From Eledone cirrhosa (Eukaryota): a DNA stretch of 64,000 nucleotides. How positions within the stretch are numbered: the stretch's first letter is position 1; the number at the start of each line of letters is the position of its first letter. The position numbers and the translations under genes are program-made. Shown piece after piece: positions 57,862-64,000 of the stretch. Below the pieces are notes generated by a model, which made no database searches, was not told the DNA's origin, and worked only from the letters and a program-made list of their open reading frames with translations. The stretch is taken from contig OZ024742.1 of assembly GCA_964016885.1 (NCBI GenBank), positions 84,196,001-84,260,000 of the forward strand, given 5' to 3'.

Positions 57862-58027
57862 TATACCTTTCTGCCAGCTGATTGAACGTCTGAAAGTATA
57901 TACTTTCCTTATGCATATTAACGGCTGAGTAGCATAATTTGCATATCGAGTGAGTTAATCGGCCGGGCGCAACGAAAACGATAAATGGAAACAATGGAAA
58001 AATCGTTTTCGGTGCGCCCCGCCGATT

Positions 58028-58384
58028 AACAGGACGTCACTGTGTGGTGCCAATGTTTCCGTCTTCCACATCTAGAATAAGGAGCAGATATTGCAATAGC
58101 CTGGAATTCAACGCCCTCAACTCTTCAATAAGATGCCGAGGGATCTGAGAGATCTGCATGGTGTGGAGGTGGATGTCATCAAGAAACATCTCGACACCTT
58201 GCTATCCAGGATCCCGGATGAGTCCACAGCAAGGCACGAGGGAAACCTAAGCGCAGCAGCAACAAACTCCCTCTTACACCAGTGTCCAACTAATACAGGC
58301 TGGAGATAAAATGTGTAGCAACAAGGGCGGTGCCACAGCATGGCCTCAGTTGGATGGCTGGAACAGGTAAAAGAGTAAAAGAGT
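58028..58384 (+). mobile_element. 3' fragment of the same CR1/L2-group LINE, opposite orientation
   Basis: Diverged reverse complement of 53354-53710 with the same tail. Confidence 0.9.
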
Positions 58385-58537
58385 ATATATATATATATAT
58401 ATATGGTTATATAAATATATATGCATATATATATATATATTTATATATATGCATAAGAGATGTCAACATCTAAAGACATTTTTTCCCAATTCCAACCAGT
58501 CCGATTGTGTTGTTATTCTTGTTTACCTTTTATATGT

Positions 58538-58621
<84 letters not shown>

Positions 58622-58678
58622 TAATATATATATATATATCTGTGTGTGTGTGTATTTAATACATATATATATATATAT

Positions 58679-58784
58679 ATAGGAACGAGTAGGACCCCGA
58701 CGGCTGAGCTCAAGCCGATTCGACGGCTAATTCTGGACTCAGAAGTGGCTTGAGCTCAGCCGTCGGGGTCCTACTCGTTCCTAT
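58679..58784. repeat. Perfect 38-bp inverted repeat, 30-bp spacer
   Basis: ataggaacgagtaggaccccgacggctgagctcaagcc and its reverse complement. Confidence 0.92.
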
Positions 58785-59329
58785 TACCCACTCTACTACC
58801 CTAAGTATTGAGTACTTTGGTGCGTTATGGTCCATCTGGTTCCTTACCACATTTCCTTCGTTATATATATATATATCACATATATTCTACCTTAACAGGT
58901 TGGTCTCTACAGTAACATCAGTGATTCTTCCACTTATCCGTAGTACCAGTGATATGGTCTCCTGATGCAGTGAGGTAGTGGCTCTACCTGGAACGATGCA
59001 CTGATATTCGAGCTACGGCCCTATAGAGTAATGTTACTCCAAGACCCCACCCAGGCTGCTAGTATTCGAGATTATATTTTTTTGATTAGTACACAAGCGT
59101 CTTGAATATAGGCATAGGTAGGCACGTACATCGAACTGAAGATAGCAGGCCTGGCTTTTACGCCTACCTGACTTTCTTCTATTTACCGAGTACTGATCCT
59201 TAGCAATTCTTGCCTTTCATTTAATCTTCTGCGTTTCATCCCCCATAAAACGGACCTCATGCTTCGGTGTAATTCCATTCATATGCAGAGAACACTATGC
59301 AGTTTTTCTTGATAGGACGAAAACTTTGA

Positions 59330-59652
59330 CAATTTTAATTGGAACGTTGCAACCCTTACATATAAGGAACAGAAACTAATGGAGGAGACCAGATGATACT
59401 GTCTAGATGAAGTTGGGTTTTCCTCAACAACGTTCCGTGGCTCTTATGCTGAAGAGTTGGATAGAGGATGGAAACTCTATCTAGTGAGATATAACGCCAC
59501 AAATAACGGCACAGGTGGCAGTGGAGATATTCATAACCCCCTGGCTGTCAGAATGTGTTACTGACTCAATCCCTTTTGGAAGAAGGATTTATCTCTTGAA
59601 GATTAAGCTGAAAGAAAGGTCCCTGTGGCTGATGCATGTTTATGCGCCAGAT
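59330..59652 (+). mobile_element. Decayed RTE-like AP-endonuclease fragment
   Basis: WNVATL, VGFSST, GWKL, VYAP remnants in order. Confidence 0.65.
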
Positions 59653-59717
59653 ATTCTGATTATAGATCCGTCCTTGATGAAAACACTGCAACCTTGTATG
59701 CGGTTGAGACTGAAACA

Positions 59718-60014
59718 TGTATCCTTACTGGCAGACGCCTGCTTATATCGCACCTAACCATCGTATCTTGTGGTCGTGTCTCTATCCGCTAACTGTAACC
59801 CATATCTCTAACGAGATAGTTAGCGTTTATAATGATTTCTAATTTAGGTACAAGGCCTTCCAATCGAAGTAATATGAATAAAAAGGGCTGCTAATTTAGA
59901 CATAAGTGCAATATGTTCTGCTAGAGAATGGGTTACAGTTAGCGGATAGAAACACGACCACAAGATACGATGGTTAGGTGCGATATAAGCAGGCGTCTGC
60001 CAGTAAGGATACAT
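59718..60014. repeat. ~85-bp inverted repeat, ~127-bp spacer
   Basis: Reverse-complement match with 1 mismatch. Confidence 0.9.
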
Positions 60015-60339
60015 ATTTTTTTCGGGACAATCGATTATACTACTTCCAGTATTCATGACATTTATTTAAAGATGAAAAGCAAAGTCGACCGCGGTGACTT
60101 TTGAATTCAGTACGTAAATAATCGCTCTAATGATTCAATTGATAAAATCGACCACCCTGACCAATCTCAACGTTAATCTTGGCACAAAGCCAGCATATTG
60201 GGAGGAAGGAAAGTCAATTATATCAATCCTCCTACTAGACGGGTACTTTATTTTACCGACCATGGATTAATGAAAGACAAAATTATTTTTGTAAAATATT
60301 TAATTCACAAGAGAAGGAAGTATAATGTATATATATATG

Positions 60340-61067
60340 CCTTCATCCTGTCTTGACCCTCTGACCACTTCCTGTTGCGCGGGCACCTCACATCTCCCCA
60401 CTTCCGACCACCACAACCAACGGATTACACACCACCGGTCATCGTTCTAGCTATCCATTCCATAACATGAACAATATCAGGCAACTCATCCCACACTCCA
60501 CGAAACTACCTCAGGAACTTACCCACGGACATACACCCACAATCTTTTTTCGAACCACGCCACCTACATCCACACCACATATAAACACCAACACACACTT
60601 ACTCCTCCCCATCCATACGCACGCACACACCGACCTACACCCCACCCCCCACACACACCTTTTCCTGAACATGGAACCTCGTTCTTTCCCCAACTCTCAC
60701 ATACACACACACACGTACACCTGCACACATACACAAACACCACCTTCAGCCCTCCCCGCTCGGACCCCGCCTCCCTACTCCACCCGCAACCACCCCTACA
60801 CACCTCACACCCTTCCACCACTTGTTTATTTTTGTTTATTTTTATTTTTATTTGTACCCCTTCCACCGTTTTCCTCCCTTTTCTCCCCCCTTTTCTCTAA
60901 ATGTCTCTTCACCACTCCTCCACACACCCTCGGAACTCTCTTCCCACCCACTTTTTTCCTGAAGAAGGGCTTATGCCCGAAACGCCCCCCCCCCCCCACT
61001 CTCAAGAGCGTGAAACTAATAAATCTTTGTTTGCACTGCCTCTCTGTTTTTGGTCCCATTCCAGTTT

Positions 61068-61072
<5 letters not shown>
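60340..61072 (+). mobile_element. Decayed Penelope-like element 3' end with HHR core
   Basis: PLPVAR(H) remnant near 60366 typical of the PLE GIY-YIG region; CTGAAGA aGGGC ttat GCCC GAAACG at 60959-60984 (stem III lost in poly-C); aataaa then (TA)n. Confidence 0.6.
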
Positions 61073-61114
<42 letters not shown>

Positions 61115-62622
61115 GAAGACAGAAAAGTGCCAAATAGATAATCTGGTTGGTCAAGATGGGTGGGGGGCTGAAGAGACGTGAATAAACGATAAATTAGCCA
61201 ATAATTATTAGAGAGCTAGAAAAGAATTGATCGATTAAGAAACATGCAAGTCAATATAAAGGGGTCTAGTTCTTTAAAAGGTACTTAGAACCATGGGAAT
61301 ATCACGAGAAGAAATCCATACGTGTGTTCAGTCGTTTGTTATTGTGGATATTATTCAATATCCACCATCATTCGTCATTGAATAATCTGTAGGCCTTTAA
61401 CCCATACTAGTATCTTCTATAGGTAGAGACTTCTATGTTCTTGTCTTTGAGTTGTTATATTGTATTTGCTTTTATTTGGGTATCTGAAGTTCGTTTCGTC
61501 AGTCAGGAAGCGATTTTCAAACATCTAAACATCTTACACATACCTACATATTTCCAGAATTCCTTTTGGTGGTTTTGATTCAATGGAAAGACCTCAGCTT
61601 CGTATATTATAGCTGGGGCGTTGAATTCTTGATCCAGCGGGAATGACTCAGGTTATTTACCCCCCCCCCCTCTCTCTATAAATATATATATATATATAAT
61701 GTCTGTGTGTATGTGTGTGTGTATGTGTAAGCATGCGTCCTTGTGTTTGTAACATATTAAATTAATAAATATGTAATTAATTATGAATAAATATTTCATG
61801 AAACGATGTATTATATATTAAACAACTTTGGACATAAAATCGTATAATGATTTCTTACATTGGCACAACGCCCTGTCAATTATATCGAAGCTGTTTGATT
61901 GATCGAATGCAGTCGACGAAAATTGTTGTCATTATGCTATCGTCCCACGAGGGAACATATAAAATCAGTCGCCGAAATAGTTGCTGAATGTATGGACACT
62001 AAAATATAGAGTAACATACCTGAATAATGCAAGTGATTTGGTTTTGAACACTAAAGTTTCTCGATTTAAATATCAATTAACATAACAATGTTGATAGCTA
62101 TTAGATATATTGAGGTCGGTGTTGAAATGGTATCGACCTGCATCGGTTTCAACGATTAGTGTTCGAGTTGTCTGATCGATGGAAGAGGCTGCATTTGATA
62201 TTCATGTATATGTGGCTGAGTATTCCATAAACAAATGTATAGGCTGAACGTAATTCTGAGTGAGATTCACTGGGTTACAGAGTGTAAAGATCTAGCTGTC
62301 TGAAATGTATGTCAGGCTTCTATGCAGTTTCAATCTCCCCAATTTCACTCACAACACTTGGATCACTTCGATGATATGTTAAATAGCAGCTACCAAAAGA
62401 CCATGAAATGGGATCGAACTCAGGACCTATCATTATTCGGTTATGCTGCGTCCACTCATATAGACTCCAATATAATTCAGACGAGTCTCAATGTGCATAT
62501 GAACATATTTATGAAAACATGTTCTTATTTAGCGCCTGACCAGGTCAACTTATCAAGTAAATTCATTCCAAAAATCATTTTAACTGTAACTCGTCTATCG
62601 TTTTAGTATTATCTTACTAGGT

Positions 62623-62740
62623 CTGAGTTCAAATCCCGCTGAGGTTAACTTTGCCTTTCATCCTTACGGGGTCGATAAAATAAAGTACCAGTTATGCACT
62701 GGGTAATTTCTGGCCTTGTGCCAAAAGTAGAAACAATTAT
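62623..62740 (+). mobile_element. 5'-truncated SINE with ~12-bp TSD
   Basis: B box plus core; attatcttacta duplicated. Confidence 0.85.
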
Positions 62741-64000
62741 CTTACTACGTCATTCTCTTTTTAAAACGTTGGGCTGTAATTTGAAGCAGATTTGGCTACT
62801 AGCAGCACATTGAGGCAACCCCCTGTGTGCATCCATGATGAAGGCTTAAGACGTATCTTATGTAACAGTCTTTTACTTGAACTCAGTTTGACACTGGTTT
62901 TATGAGGTAGACGAAACTTATGTTATAGTAGATACGATTGATTCTACATGTAAGTCAGTGGCCGAAATTTGTACGAGTACATGTGTTTGTGGAATATTCA
63001 GCCCCTAACGTTACAATCCAATGAGACGGAATTTAATATAGTGGATTAGTACATAAAATAGTCGTCATTGAAAGTGACGGAGGAAAGAGATAGACGTTCA
63101 AACACATAGATAATGGGAATTGGACACAGGGAGAATAGAGAGATTTGGAGAGAGGAAAACAAAAAGAGAGAGAGAAAGACAGAGAGAGAAAGAGAGAGAA
63201 AGAAAGAGAGAGAAAGAGAGAGAAAGAGAGAGAAAGAGAGAGAAAGAGATCGAGTGTATGTGTGTGGGGGAGAGAGAAAAGGTGTGAGAGAAAGAAAGAG
63301 AGAAAGAGATTGGTGACTCTGAAGAAATGCAAAATAACATTAAAATCTTGCTTTGTAATAATCAAATAGAGATGACCTTTATTTTAAAGTTTCGAAACCT
63401 ACCTTTCATGACCTTATGATTTTGAATGCTCATAATAATAATTTCAACACTGATTGTAAACTTGAAGAAAACCCCCTTTATGAGATTACCAGCTATAAAT
63501 TCTATGATGCAAATGTATTTAACGAGGCGAACAACTCTTACCAAAAAAAAAAAAAAAACCCCAAAACAAAAACAAAAACAAAAACAACAAAACAAACAAA
63601 GAACCACTCAAAGAGAAAGCATTCAGAACCGAAGCAAATACTTCGACATATAATTTTTTTCTGTGCATCATAAAAACAAAACATAAAGCCATGTTATTCT
63701 ACCAAGAAGCTAGTTTGGTAATGCAAATAGATTTAAATTTGATGTCTTACGATAATACCTGTATAAAACCTAAATGTTCTATGAAGTCACCAGAAAGGAT
63801 GATGTTGACTGATGAAAATAATGTAGCATTATAGTCTGAGACGGACTGGATTAGTTCTTGTATAACATGACTGATTTTAATCACCAGAATAATGTCGATG
63901 GGAGATATCTACTCATTCACTTAGTTTCTTATTTCTACACCACATTACTTATGCCACACATTCCTGTTACAGCTGAGAAGTTTATGCCTACACAAGCTCA

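Noticed and set aside
63805-63838. ctgatgaaa followed by a hairpin
   Set aside because: Stem II and G12 are missing and stem I is out of register

Overview
Eukaryotic, very AT-rich, microsatellite-dense window with no recognisable host gene. The SINE families and (TA)n load suggest a cephalopod/octopus-like genome; this is an inference. Nearly all long ORFs in the track are (TA)n/(CA)n artefacts. Real coding remnants are decayed retroelements (R4/Dong-like x2, CRE-like, CR1/L2-like, RTE-like, a Penelope-like 3' end) and a mariner fragment, plus many tRNA-derived SINEs. The main signal is a dense set of type I hammerhead ribozyme (HHR) motifs in several unrelated short non-coding repeat families, most of them abutting (TA)n tracts. 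The centrepiece is an array of about 11.5 near-identical 310-bp monomers (26753-30317), each with a complete HHR, consistent with a non-LTR retrozyme (circRNA-derived retroelement). The array inverts head-to-head inside an HHR. The same 5'-to-5' inverted geometry recurs in four other HHR-bearing insertions, and truncation inside the HHR core recurs in three others. This suggests twin-primed, possibly rolling-circle, reverse transcription of ribozyme RNAs into (TA)n sites. All structures were folded by eye and none was tested computationally.
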